Source: a virus
IMG/VR virus record: IMGVR_UViG_3300022752_000024
Span: 32,001-96,000 of that record
Length of the DNA stretch: 64,000 bases
Strand: one strand, 5' to 3'
The position numbers and the translations under genes were made by a program. The notes under the pieces are model-generated. The model searched no databases and was not told where the DNA came from. It saw only the letters and a list, made by a program, of their open reading frames with translations. Below are positions 29,401 through 40,500 of this stretch, one piece after another (the stretch's first letter is position 1; the number at the start of each line of letters is the position of its first letter).

Positions 29401-30748
29401 CCTTGGTGTCTACATTGGTTATATTGGTATTCTGTGTTGCATTAATACCGACTTGGAGTGTAACATTAGATGATAAATTGGTAGTTACAGTATTTGCTTG
29501 GTTAAAAGCAGCTTGAGCAACTACGTTAGCGGTATTAGCAGTATCTCTAGCATATTGGTCTGTTGTTCCTCCACCACCACTACCAGATATAGCAGTATTT
29601 ACTACAGACACTATTCTACCATTAGCAGCAACAGTAATTACAGGAACGTAACTAGTATTGCCATAAGTACCAGCAGTTGTATTGATATTGGTTACGTCTG
29701 TATTTGCTCTATCAAAAGCAGCTTGAGTATATGTATTTTGTGTTGCATTGATACCTACTTGTAAAGCAACATTAGATGATAAATTAGTAGCTACAGTATT
29801 TGCTTGATCGTATGCAGCTTGTGCAAGTGTTGATATTCTTGTAGATCCATCATATACACTATCTGCTCTTACTGCTCCAGCAACTCCAACACCACCTTGC
29901 ACAATTAGAGTGCCTGTAGAATTACTTGATGATGCTACTTCAGCTTTTAATTTAAATCCACCACCCATAGAAAATCTTGCAATCTCATTATAATTTTCTC
30001 CTTGGATGAATACAATATCTCCAACTCGTGTTCCACCAACTAAAGTTCCGCTTCCTGTAGTACCATAATATACATTTCCACCAAAAGTTTGACCTTGATT
30101 TCCTACTAGCATAACATATCCATCATTTGGATATGCCATAGGCATAGAGTTGAATGATGTATTATTGTATACTGAACCTGTTATTCCCATATCAATATAG
30201 TTAACAGAATCAGTACCGTTATCTGAAGTAACAACAAAATCTCCACTGCCCAACCCAGATAAGTTTTGTTGATTGACTTGAGAGTAATTATCAGAATAGC
30301 CAGTAAACTGGGAAATCAAGTTAGGTAGAAGTACAAAGCCACCTCCACCAACAGATAATCTTTGCGTTACATTAGCTTGACCCTGAATGTCTAAATTTCC
30401 AGTTATTGTATCGCCTGATTTACTTACTTTGTTATTTGCTGTATTATATGAAGATTGGGCAATTACATTAGCAGTATTGGCTTTATCAAACGCTGCTTGT
30501 GCTTTGGTGTCTACATTGGTCGTATTGGTATTTTGTGTTGCATTAATACCTACCTGCAAGGTAACGTTGGATGATAAATTAGTAGCTACAGTATTAGCTT
30601 GATTAAATGCAGCATTTGATTGTGCATACGCAGCAGTTGACTGAATAATTGCAGTATTTACTGAATCTTGAACATTTGAAGCACCAGTAAATGTTGATGT
30701 TGAAAATACAGTTGCTCTTTGAGTTGGTTTGACTATAAAATTTGCCAT
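26468..30748 (-). CDS. Long repeat-rich tail fibre protein
   Basis: 1426 aa; coiled-coil-like AQAAFNQAN repeats, GINATQNT repeats, AGTYG...VPVITVAANGR modules, DGSGSGLDADLLDG fibre motif. Confidence 0.8.
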   Translation of the reverse strand: MANFIVKPTQRATVFSTSTFTGASNVQDSVNTAIIQSTAAYAQSNAAFNQANTVATNLSSNVTLQVGINATQNTNTTNVDTKAQAAFDKANTANVIAQSSYNTANNKVSKSGDTITGNLDIQGQANVTQRLSVGGGGFVLLPNLISQFTGYSDNYSQVNQQNLSGLGSGDFVVTSDNGTDSVNYIDMGITGSVYNNTSFNSMPMAYPNDGYVMLVGNQGQTFGGNVYYGTTGSGTLVGGTRVGDIVFIQGENYNEIARFSMGGGFKLKAEVASSSNSTGTLIVQGGVGVAGAVRADSVYDGSTRISTLAQAAYDQANTVATNLSSNVALQVGINATQNTYTQAAFDRANTDVTNINTTAGTYGNTSYVPVITVAANGRIVSVVNTAISGSGGGGTTDQYARDTANTANVVAQAAFNQANTVTTNLSSNVTLQVGINATQNTNITNVDTKAQAAFNQANNTVTDLSSNVALQVGINATQNTNITNANTKAQAAFDQANTVATNLSSNVTLQVGINATQNTNITNVDTKAQAAFNQANTTVTDLSSNVTLQVGINATQNTNITNANTKAQAAFDKANSANVLAQAAYNTANTGYNFVTGGGTVSGSVTVQNDLTVQGNVNFIGNVTSITVKGNTGQFFGYASNGFNALYAGIPTGYLLEPQITVQISSNYNGYSGLNMQNINSGANSSSDLFITADNGTQLDGYVDLGIGSSTYNYPGYTLIGPNDGYLFAYGNTSTGGGDLIVATGLNNDIIFATRGLNTENEVMRITAANTVVIKTTNTSTSTTTGALQVKGGLGVVGNVYAGAVYSGGSLVLTSEPIGQAAFNQANTDVTNISTTAGTYGSGSLVPVITVAANGRIVSVVNTAISGGSSTTDQYARDTANTANVVAQAAFNQANTTVTNLSSNVALQVGINATQNTNITNVDTKAQAAYDKANSANVLAQAAFDQANTTATNLSSNVTLQVGINATQNTYTQAAFDAANTVATNLSSNVTLQVGINATQNTYTQAAFDQANTTVTNLSSNVALQVGINATQNTNITNVDTKAQAAFNTANTDVTNISTTAGTYGNNKTIPVITVAANGRVTNIVNTSISAVTSLANDSTLSATGTTGDITIGLKTISTITAGQYTYPLLNVDAQGRIVQISNQSAVTSVAGSTGPAISNTALIEGIKTVDGSGSGLDADLLDGNDSTYFSSLTYAQAAYDQANTANVLAQAAFNQANTANVVAQSAYGQANTANVVAQAAFNKANSANVLAQAAFNQANTDVTNINATAGTYGSGSLVPVITVAANGRISSVSTTAVSGGGGAATGNSEIVFVIDGGGSVISTGLRGSLEIPFNCNVVSWTILTDQNGTIGMNVYNENYSTWGSTLPRTNEISFGVPISITSSASKNNYTLITPTAIAASNILSYNVQTVSTITRASICLKVTKT
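29020..29520. repeat. 117-bp (39-aa) tandem coding repeats
   Basis: QAAFNQANTVTTNLSSNVTLQVGINATQNTNITNVDTKA units; DNA matches 117 bp apart (e.g. 29043 and 29160). Related copies at about 27600-28080. Confidence 0.85.
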
Positions 30749-30751
30749 GCG

Positions 30752-31096
30752 TTACCTTGTTGCAGAAGGAGAGACAAAAATTTGACCTTCTAATACTCTT
30801 GTTATTGATCCTGAGAGGGTATCTGTTATAATAACGTCATACACTAATTTTTGCCTAGGTGATATGTTTGTAGTAACCGCAGAATTTGCGCTTAATTGAA
30901 TAATACCACTATTCGCATTATAGATTGAAGCATTAAAAACCAATGAGGCAGTATTTGAATAATAAGATGTTCTCGCTTGACTACGAACAGTAAATCCTGT
31001 CAAATTATAAGGTGCACCATTAGTATCGGAAAGAGTTGCTTGAGTGGTAAAAGTTGTACCTTGTTCGATGAATAAGTCGAGATATCCGGCAGCCAT
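30752..31096 (-). CDS. Small fibre adaptor/baseplate-upper-like protein
   Basis: LFIEQGTTF...YNLTGF...YDVII...RVLEGQIFVSP; a family recurrently found before fibre genes. Confidence 0.65.
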   Translation of the reverse strand: MAAGYLDLFIEQGTTFTTQATLSDTNGAPYNLTGFTVRSQARTSYYSNTASLVFNASIYNANSGIIQLSANSAVTTNISPRQKLVYDVIITDTLSGSITRVLEGQIFVSPSATR

Positions 31097-31112
31097 TGTT
31101 TGTCCTATAGAT

Positions 31113-31148
31113 AAAAAATCCTCTCATGTATTTAGCTGAGAGGATTTT
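31113..31148 (-). terminator. Terminator hairpin with a late-promoter box (CTAAATA) in its loop
   Basis: 12-bp inverted repeat AAAATCCTCTCA/TGAGAGGATTTT, loop 31127-31136, T tail on the minus strand. Confidence 0.75.
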
Positions 31149-31163
31149 AATAGTTTATCAATA

Positions 31164-34100
31164 TTATCTATTAATTTGAGATTTCAAATTATTAACTTCT
31201 GCTTTGAGTTCCTTAATAGCTTCAATCAACAAACCAATCATATTTGAATACATCACAGACTTACCATGTTCGTTTTCTGATATTAGATATGGTATAATTT
31301 TTTCAACTTCTTGTGCAATTAGACCCATACCTTTTGTACCATTATCTATCCATTCATATTCGACACCTCTTAGTCTATTAACTGTATCTAATGCGTTTGA
31401 AATTTCAACGATGTTAGTTTTTAATTTCTCATCAGAGGTTGATGTCATTACCGTCGAAGATAATGTTCCTGTAGATGCAACGTAAGTTAGTTTGGTACTT
31501 GATGTGTTTGCTAAAGTTAATATTCCACTGGTTAACGATGTAATTAATGGATATTGTGTTGTAGCTGTTGTGGTATCGTTATTTATTGTTGCTACAGATA
31601 TAGCAGTATTTACTACAGAACTTATTCTACCATTGGCGGCAACAGTAATTACAGGAACGTAACTAGTATTGCCATAAGTACCAGCAGTTGTGTTAATATT
31701 GGTTACATCAGTATTGGCTCTATCATAAGCATTTTGTGCAAGTGTTGTACTGATAGCAGTATTTACTACAGAACTTATTCTACCATTGGCGGCAACAGTA
31801 ATTACAGGAACGTAACTAGTATTGCCATAAGTACCAGCAGTAGTATTGATGTTGGTTACATCAGTATTGGCTCTATCATAAGCATTTTGTGCAAGTGTTG
31901 TACTGATAGCAGTATTTACTACAGACACTATTCTACCATTAGCAGCAACAGTAATTACAGGAACGTAACTAGTATTGCCATAAGTACCAGCAGTAGTATT
32001 GATGTTGGTTACATCGGTGTTAGCAGTATTAAATGCAGCTTGAGCTAACACATTGGCAGTATTGGCTTTATCGAATGCTGCTTGTGCAAGTGTTGTACTG
32101 ATAGCAGTATTTACTACAGACAATATTCTACCGTTAGCAGCAACAGTAATTACAGGAACGTAACTAGTATTTCCATAAGTACCAGCAGTTGTACTAATAG
32201 TGGTTACATCGGTGTTAGCAGTATTAAATGCAGCTTGAGCTAACACATTGGCAGTATTAGCTTGATTAAATGCTGATTGAGTATAGGTATTTTGGGTTGC
32301 ATTAATACCTACCTGAAGCGTAACACTATTTGCTACATTATTTGTCGCAGTATTAGCTTGGTCAAATGCTGCTTGAGCAAGTATACCAGCATTATTAGCT
32401 GTATTATATGCACCTTGAGCTGTTGCTCCTGATATAAATGTGTTTACTACAGACACCACTCTACCATTAGCAGAAACAGTAATTACAGGAATAATAGTGG
32501 AATTTCCATAAGTACCAGCAGTTGTACTAATATTGGTTACATCAGTATTAGCAGTATTAAATGCAGCTTGAGCTAAAACGTTAGCACTATTAGCTTTATC
32601 GAATGCTGCTTGAGCAACTACGTTAGCAGTATTGGCTTGGTTAAATGCAGCTTGAGCTAACACATTGGCAGTATTGGCTTTATCGAATGCTGCTTGAGCT
32701 AACACATTGGCACTATTAGCTTGATTAAATGCTGATTGAGTAAATATATTTAAAAGATTTGCTGCTTTAGAACTTGCAACTGTCGAAGAACTGGTTGATA
32801 CTATAGAATCGCTAATTAAATTTGCGGTTAATATCTTAGAGAAACTAGTTGAGTTATCAACATCTCGTATTGCAAAATACTTATTTGACTCATCCCAGCG
32901 AATTGTTGCATTTGCGCCAGATGTTCCTCTATTGACAGAGAAATCACTATTTTGTCCAATAGAGGAACCCGCATTAATTGTAAATGTGGGTGTGTTGTAT
33001 ACCGTTGTTCCATTAAGAACAAAATTTCCATCTACTGTTAATTGTCCAAACGCTCTAATATTATTAAATTTTGCCTGTGTGACGTTATTTGCATCAAATG
33101 TTGTATTTGCAAATATATTTTCTGCAAAAATAGTAGATGTATTGATTGTAGCAGTATTAACAGAAGTATTTGCTTGTAGTCTATTGGTAAAGGTATTTCC
33201 TGTTACACTCAAGATAGCGGTATTAACAGAAGTATTTGCTTGTAATCTATCAGTAAAAGTATTTCCAGTAACATATACTGTGACAGTAGCTTGTAAAGTG
33301 TTGGTAAATAATGTACCAGTAACATTTAAGTTACCTGTAGTAATATATGTGTTTGCTTGTAACTTATCAGTAAAAGTATTTCCAGTAACACTTAACGTAG
33401 CAGTATTAACAGAAGTATTTGCCTGTAAAGTATTGGTAAATGTGGTACCAGTAACACTCAAGGTAGCAGTATTTACATTTGTATTTGCCTGTAAAGTATT
33501 GGTAAATGTGGTACCAGTAACACTCAAGGTAGCAGTATTTACATTTGTATTTGCCTGTAAAGTATTGGTAAATGTGGTACCAGTAACACTCAAGGTAGCA
33601 GTATTTACATTTGTATTAGCTTGAAGTGCATTAGTAAATGTAGTACCTGTTACACTTAATGTTGATGTATTAACAGAGGTGTTTGCCTGTAAAGTATTTG
33701 TGAATGTAATACCAGTAACACTTAACGTAGCAGTATTTACATTTGTATTTGCTTGTAAAGTATTGGTAAATGTGGTACCAGTAACACTCAAGGTAGCAGT
33801 ATTTACAGAAGTATTTGCTTGTAATCTATTGGTAAAGCTATTACCAGTAACACTCAAGGTAGCAGTATTAACAGAAGTATTTGCCTGAAGGGTATCAGTA
33901 AAAGTATTTCCAGTAACACTTAACGTAGCAGTATTAACAGAAGTATTAGCTTGGATAGTATCAGTTATAGTTCTTAATGCAATAGTTGCATTTCCAGAAA
34001 CAACTGCTGATCCATTAACCAAAATGTTATTGGCAACATATAAACCAACATTAGCTCCATTAGCATATATGCCACCTGAAGCAATTAGAGCGGATCTTGT

Positions 34101-34370
34101 ATTTTGCAAATATACAAATCCATATTTAACTGCAAGATTATTATCTATGCTAACAGATGAACCAATACCTTCAACTGATAATTGTCCAGCAACGATAGCA
34201 TTATTGCCAACTTGTAGACTAAGAGGTGTAGAGTTTAGATAAAGAGTTCCTAAAGATTTAGTATAATTTCCTATAGCTAAATCATTATTTTCGTTGACGA
34301 GTTTGTTTGTTGTGACTACCCAATCACCAAATGTATTAGCATATTCTAGACGTATAACTGTATTAGCCAT
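31164..34370 (-). CDS. Tail fibre protein with C-terminal intramolecular chaperone (peptidase S74-type)
   Basis: SDEKLKTNI...LRGVEYEW...GLIAQEVEKIIP...YSNMIGLLIEAIKEL autocleaving chaperone motif; long repeats. Confidence 0.88.
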   Translation of the reverse strand: MANTVIRLEYANTFGDWVVTTNKLVNENNDLAIGNYTKSLGTLYLNSTPLSLQVGNNAIVAGQLSVEGIGSSVSIDNNLAVKYGFVYLQNTRSALIASGGIYANGANVGLYVANNILVNGSAVVSGNATIALRTITDTIQANTSVNTATLSVTGNTFTDTLQANTSVNTATLSVTGNSFTNRLQANTSVNTATLSVTGTTFTNTLQANTNVNTATLSVTGITFTNTLQANTSVNTSTLSVTGTTFTNALQANTNVNTATLSVTGTTFTNTLQANTNVNTATLSVTGTTFTNTLQANTNVNTATLSVTGTTFTNTLQANTSVNTATLSVTGNTFTDKLQANTYITTGNLNVTGTLFTNTLQATVTVYVTGNTFTDRLQANTSVNTAILSVTGNTFTNRLQANTSVNTATINTSTIFAENIFANTTFDANNVTQAKFNNIRAFGQLTVDGNFVLNGTTVYNTPTFTINAGSSIGQNSDFSVNRGTSGANATIRWDESNKYFAIRDVDNSTSFSKILTANLISDSIVSTSSSTVASSKAANLLNIFTQSAFNQANSANVLAQAAFDKANTANVLAQAAFNQANTANVVAQAAFDKANSANVLAQAAFNTANTDVTNISTTAGTYGNSTIIPVITVSANGRVVSVVNTFISGATAQGAYNTANNAGILAQAAFDQANTATNNVANSVTLQVGINATQNTYTQSAFNQANTANVLAQAAFNTANTDVTTISTTAGTYGNTSYVPVITVAANGRILSVVNTAISTTLAQAAFDKANTANVLAQAAFNTANTDVTNINTTAGTYGNTSYVPVITVAANGRIVSVVNTAISTTLAQNAYDRANTDVTNINTTAGTYGNTSYVPVITVAANGRISSVVNTAISTTLAQNAYDRANTDVTNINTTAGTYGNTSYVPVITVAANGRISSVVNTAISVATINNDTTTATTQYPLITSLTSGILTLANTSSTKLTYVASTGTLSSTVMTSTSDEKLKTNIVEISNALDTVNRLRGVEYEWIDNGTKGMGLIAQEVEKIIPYLISENEHGKSVMYSNMIGLLIEAIKELKAEVNNLKSQINR
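31598..32230. repeat. About 153-bp (51-aa) tandem coding repeats
   Basis: TDVTNINTTAGTYGNTSYVPVITVAANGRISSVVNTAISTTLAQNAYDRAN; DNA matches at 31601 and 31754. Confidence 0.88.
33140..33960. repeat. 66-bp (22-aa) tandem coding repeats, about 12 copies
   Basis: TLQANTNVNTATLSVTGTTFTN; identical DNA units start at 33421, 33487 and 33553. Confidence 0.9.
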
Positions 34371-34593
34371 TGTAACCTTTATCCAGTAGTTTTAGCATTA
34401 ACTGTTTAATTTCATACATATCATCTTTGATACTAGAAATCTCAGCCTTTACTGTATTTATTTCATCTTCCTGCGTCTTTAACATTCTAACTTTAGAATA
34501 GTATTCATTTCTTGCTGTTTCATCTATGTTCATAAGTGCCATATTATTAGTATCTCTAACAAAAGAGGTACCAGTTACTTTTACTAGAGCCAT
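34363..34593 (-). CDS. Small coiled-coil virion protein
   Basis: MALVKVTGTSFVRD...EINTVKAEISSIKDDMYEIKQLM; ATG at 34593 right after the upstream stop. Confidence 0.65.
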   Translation of the reverse strand: MALVKVTGTSFVRDTNNMALMNIDETARNEYYSKVRMLKTQEDEINTVKAEISSIKDDMYEIKQLMLKLLDKGYNG

Positions 34594-34594
34594 A

Positions 34595-37500
34595 TTAGAA
34601 TCCTGTTCCAGTTGGTAGTGCCAACGCACGCATGTCTGCTAAGAATGGTACAGCAGTCTTATCATTAGTTGTCATAACTATCTTAATTGCAAATTGATTA
34701 AATGTGGTATATGTTGTTTCATTTGTGCTAGTATATGCTACTTGATTGTTAGCAACATTTCCAACTCCAGGAGCAGCTTCAAATTCTAAAATATTTGTTC
34801 TAGAACTTGAGAACATGTTTCCAGTATTATTTAAGTATGTCATAAGTTGCCAAGAACCGTTTTCAAATGCTTGGTCATCATTTTGATTTTGTATGCGATA
34901 GAACACATAGATATTCGTTCCTGCTGGACGATAAGCAGAAAAGAACACTCTTAAATCTCCAGAATCATTTGTTGCCAATGTAGTTTTCTTAGTTACATAT
35001 GCTGACAAAGCGTTACCACCAGAAGAAGAATACTCAGATATTCCTGTAGCGGATGCTCCTGTTCCTGGTGTAGTATTTGCATCAATAATGCTATATGTTG
35101 GTGTGCTTAAATATCCACTACCAGAAGACGTTAAGTAAACAGACTGAACAACTCCTCCACTAATATTTGCTGCTGCATACGCTTGAGTTCCTCCTGATAC
35201 ATCTGGTGAAGAAATCGTAACGCTAGTAGTGTTTGCATTATATCCACTACCACCATTTACTAGCACGATATTATTATTAGATAACTCCAAATTATTAATA
35301 TTCCATTTTATATTAAATAGTGTTAATCCATCATCAGACAACACTGGACTAATATTAGTTGAACTTGAAGATAGTGTTGCATATAAGAAAAATGAGTTTG
35401 AATTATTAGCTTGAAGAACTCTTGGACCGTAGCCATCATTTAAATATATGTTATCAAAAGTAGGACATCCAAATTTTCCAGGGATAGCAGTCTTTTCTTG
35501 ACCTAATGTCAATGTTGATTTTATTGTTGGAATATAGCTATATGAAATATTAGTGCCTGTTGTTATAAGATCAGTTGTGCTGATGTTGAATGCATGACTT
35601 TCAACATCTTGTTTCGTATATACTCCTTGTACATTATCAGATAAGTCAGCAGAATAATATCCTTGAATACCTTTAATCGCAGTTTTTCTATTTGGTAAAT
35701 TTTTAGGAACAGAAAACTTAATTTTTGGTGTTTTGGTGATATCAAAGACACATCGACTGACAACAAACATCATAGCTTTTGTTTGATCTGCTGTCCAAGT
35801 AATGGCATTTTGAGACTCAAATAACGCACCAACATACGGCTCACTACCAATTTTAGTGACAGTAGTTGGAGTTACGTCTGTAGGTTTAACTTTGGCTGTT
35901 GACGGAAGTGCTATAGCATTTTTTGACGCAACATATACAGAGTAATCTTGCGATGCACTTTGCAAAACAAATGCATACAAGTTATTAGGTTGAATATAAA
36001 TTGGAGCTTCAAACGTAAATTCTGTCCAAGTTGTAGAATCCAAATAGTGAGGTGTGCTGGATACATTAACTTTATTTGGATGTAAAGTAACAATGGAGTG
36101 ATCTAATGTTTGACCGTTAGGATAACCATTTTGTGTTCCAACAACAGATAAGGTTATTGGAATGTCTGTTGTTGTTGGTTTGTTTTGGAAGAAAAGTTTC
36201 ACGGAGTTAATGAATACGCCGTTAGGATAGTCTACACCATTAATATTAAACGCTTGAGCAACAGGATCTAAAGTATTTAAAACTGTTGACTCGGTAGTAA
36301 TTTGAGTTTGAGTAACTGAATTTTGTTGTGCGTTTGTCTGTTTGAAAGTTTGTGATGCTGCATAAACTGAAGATGCAAAATTTCTTGATAAAGATTTTGA
36401 TGATAACCCAGTAGCATAGAACGTTGCTTCTGCCCAAGTGGTTGCACTATTTGCCGTATCATCCGCAGTTCTGTTATCTATACGGAAAACTCTTTCTCCA
36501 GTTTTGAATATTCCTTCAGGTACGTCAAATATTCCAACAAAGGCGCCTTTTTCGTCAGTAGATAACTTAGCAGTTCCGCCTTCAGATAACGTGAGTTTAT
36601 AGCTATCTTTTGTACCAGCTATCGAATACGATGAAGTTATTGAACCACCTACGAGGGTATTGTCTCCAATACTAACATTGATTGGTGTACTTAATGTGGC
36701 AACTTTAGTCGATCCATCGTATGCCGTGATTGTTGCAGTATACGTGTTAGTTACTTGAGATTTAAGGTACGTAGGAACTGCCCCAACATAAGCATTATAA
36801 TTATAATAGGTACTGCTTAATTTATTGTCAGTAGATCGAGTACCAAAATTATAGAGTGTTTCAGCATTTATGTATGTTGAAGTGACACTTATTTTACATC
36901 CTACATAAAAATCGTTGTTAGCTGATGCAACAGTACTTAATACTATTTGAGTTGCACCTGTGTAATATAATCCACCACCAACCATAGAAGCTGCTGTTCC
37001 TGAATTCAATGGAGCTGCCGTTTCTGTGTACTGGCTAGTATTGTATATCATATTTCCTGCGCTATCGGTGATAGTCATAGCCGCACATGAAGGATTTTTT
37101 GCTTGGGTTCCTCCTTTATTATTATTAGCAGTCAGACGAACCGTATGATTTCCTGCTGTTAATATTTTTGTCTGAGTATATTGTGTTTTATATGCTGTTC
37201 CATTAACTACTTGAGTACCATCCACATATATTTTTCCAATGTTATCAAACATACCATTAAATGTATATGTTCCTGCCGTTGGAAAATTAACTGTAAAGGA
37301 TACATCAAAAGGATTTGTTGAGGTAGAATTAGACCAAACCCCATATTTATTCATAAAGTCTGTCCAAGCTGGACTATTCACTCTATAGAGAATAAGAGAT
37401 TGTGTATTTGCATCTGTAAATGTTCCACCAACTGCACTAATTTTTCCGGAAAGATTTACTGTAATTGGATGATTTTCTCCGGCCGTTCCATATGCGGTGC

Positions 37501-40500
37501 TAGATACATAGGCACCATTTTGATCAAATATCGCATTGTATATTGTAGGTGTGTAATCTCTGAATCCCGAAAACGTCTGCGAGCAAACGTATAAGCGAAC
37601 ATTACTTGTACCAGCATATGCTTGTACAGAAGCAACTATTGCAATAGGATAAAAATTTCCACTTGAATCTTTATATCCAACTATGTCGTCTTCATTAAAT
37701 GTTCCTGTGACGTTGGTTAATTCAATAATATCAGGATTAGTAATATAATTATCTACACTAATTCCATCAAAGAATGTTTTAATTGGTGTATTAACTTTTA
37801 GTGATTTGGCTCTAATCAATAAAGACTGTTTACGAATATATGGTTGAATACTAGCATCTTTAATATAACCATTTATGTTTTCGTATGAAGTTCCCAAGTT
37901 AGTATACGCACCTTGAGTTGCTTGCTGTAATTGTGTTGGGGTTGTACCTGATGTTTTTGCTACCTGACTGGCAGTAGGAACTAATGTTGACGGAATAGAT
38001 TGCCAATTATTTACATTTATAGTGTTTAGTGAATCTGATGTCTGAGAAACTTTAGTAGTATTATCAACAAGTATTGCATTAGGTTCTCTTGTATCATCAA
38101 CCCAGTTATCCATAGGAGGATTTACGCTACAAACTCCTTGATAAACTGGTGTAGTAAATTGATTTGCAAATACTGTAGTACTAGCTAATTTTTGTTCAAC
38201 AAGTCCAGCAGTAGAATATGGTAAAGTAAAAATATTAGTTGATTTTCCAATAGTATGAACTTTATAACCCAATGTACTAGGACTTGTAGAAATTTGTCCT
38301 AATGCGCTTACAGAATCGACTGGTTGTAAAGGATAACTAGTTACACTTTGAGAAGAAGTCATCTGTTGTGTTACACGGTCGATAGCCGCATTAAAATCTG
38401 GACTTCCAGTATCAGAAACAACAGTTGAACTGAAGTTGTCAACGACAATACCATTTTTAAATCTATTTAATCCTCTAGAGTCTGCAACTTGTAATCTGTT
38501 GGCATTTTGTTCCAGTAAATTTAATGTAGTATAATATTCAATATTATTAACTTGATTTTGTAGAGTAGTAATATCATTCATCGTCCAACGACGGTGACGA
38601 ACTTTTTCTATCGATAAGTTTGGCGAAGTTCCTTGAGGTGCCTCACTAGGTAAATATACGGTATATGGATCATGAGTTAAATTTGCAATCTCCAATGCAC
38701 CATCCGGTTTAGTTGGAAATATTGGATTAGTTGCAGGATTACCTTGAATAATTTGAAAATTCTTATCTTTACTCAGAACGAGTTTATCTTTTCTTCCATA
38801 ATAGAAAGAATAATTACTAATAAAATTTGTCAAATCTTGAGGAATATATGTACCTGCGTCAGATGATGCCGGATCTGCACTCGTTTCCAAACCATAAGTT
38901 GCTGTTGCATTCTTGCGAGAAGGTCTAAAATCTAAACAGTCACGAAGATTATAGCTATTCCCATTAGTTGCAGTATATGTAGGTATTTCTCCATAAGATT
39001 CGCTGGTATATAATTGACCAGAAAAATATCCATCTGCGGCAGAATGACTATAAAAATCGAATATTACTAAAATGTTTCCTTTTGGTTTAGGTGCATTTGG
39101 TCTTAGTGTTAAGAATGCATGATCATAGAATGTATCTTTTTGACCATTATTAAATGCAAAAGATTTTGTAATATCATACGATGCTCCTGTTAACATACTG
39201 GTTGTAGGTACAGTACCTGGTGCACCGGTATCAATAATTTTTTTGATTTTCTTTACGTCAGTAACATATAAACTTTGTGTTTGTCCATAACCAACTAATC
39301 CAGCATTTTTAATATAAACTTGACCATTAGTTAAATCGACATATGTATTACTGTTAATAACACCACTAGGACCAGCATAACTTACTATTGATGTGTTTCC
39401 TGTTACTAGTGTTTTTCTTCTTTGAATAGCAGTAGTATCATCAGCATTAGTGATGTTAATATTTGAGATAACAGTAACAGATAATGGAGTTTTATATTTT
39501 GTTGATGAGAAAGTTACTGTGTTTTTATCAGAAGAAACCGTTACCGTGTTTCCTGATGTACAAAAGTCCATAATCGAACCTACGGTACCATTATTTGCAG
39601 TATCAGTCGTACTTGTGACGATAACGGTATAGTTTCTCTTTATTGCATCTGTACTTAATGTTCCAGTACCACCAGCAAAATCAACTAAACTTTGAATACC
39701 TACTGGTAGTGTAAGTGCCAAACTAACCGTGCCCGAACCGCTAAATGATTTATTTCTAAATGTTTTTGTCGATGAGTAAGAACTATCGCTTATTGTTGCA
39801 ATATATGGATTTCCTATTGGATAAATTAGTTCAGGCGACTGTGGATTATTTAAAATAGTAGATCCTGTAGCTACTCCTCCAACCTTTCCTGTAGTCACAT
39901 TAATATTTGAATTTGCAACAAGAGTATATGTTCCTGGCGTAGTGCTTACAACGGTCTCTACGTCTTTTGTAGTAAATCGTAAAGAGAATTTAGATGTAGT
40001 ATCTGGAGTGATAGGAAATATTGGATTAATAGTAGCTGTTTTTGTTGATCCAGTATATGAGGTGATTGTTCCTGTATATCCTGCACCAGTTCCAGAATCA
40101 ATAGTTAGAATAACTCCAAAGTATGCGTTTGTTGTTGCAGAAAATTGTCCTGTAGTATCATAAAAAACAATATTAGTAGCTGATGCAGAGGAAACGTTAC
40201 TACTTAACGTGTTTGCCGTAATGCTATAAACGTAAGACCTATAGACATATGAAGCTGTGTTTGCATCAGTTAAATTACGATCATATACTAGATTTCTGAT
40301 ATAACCTTTTCCAACTAACGTGGAATTATATGTTGTTGTATTAGTTGAGACAATATTGGTAACAGGAACAAGATGTAAATCAACAGCTTGTCCTACAGTT
40401 CCATCAAAAACGCCTTTAACGGTATCAACATAAAAATATGAACCGTAATCAGTATATACAGAATTATTATTGACACTTTCTGTTGCTCTGGAACGATCAT

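Noticed and set aside
33140-33960. CRISPR-like array
   Set aside because: Units are contiguous in-frame 66-bp coding repeats with no unique spacers.
19738-34370. Diversity-generating retroelement (Mtd-like N-terminus plus repeats)
   Set aside because: No reverse transcriptase in the window, no non-coding template repeat, and differences between copies are mainly synonymous rather than adenine-specific.
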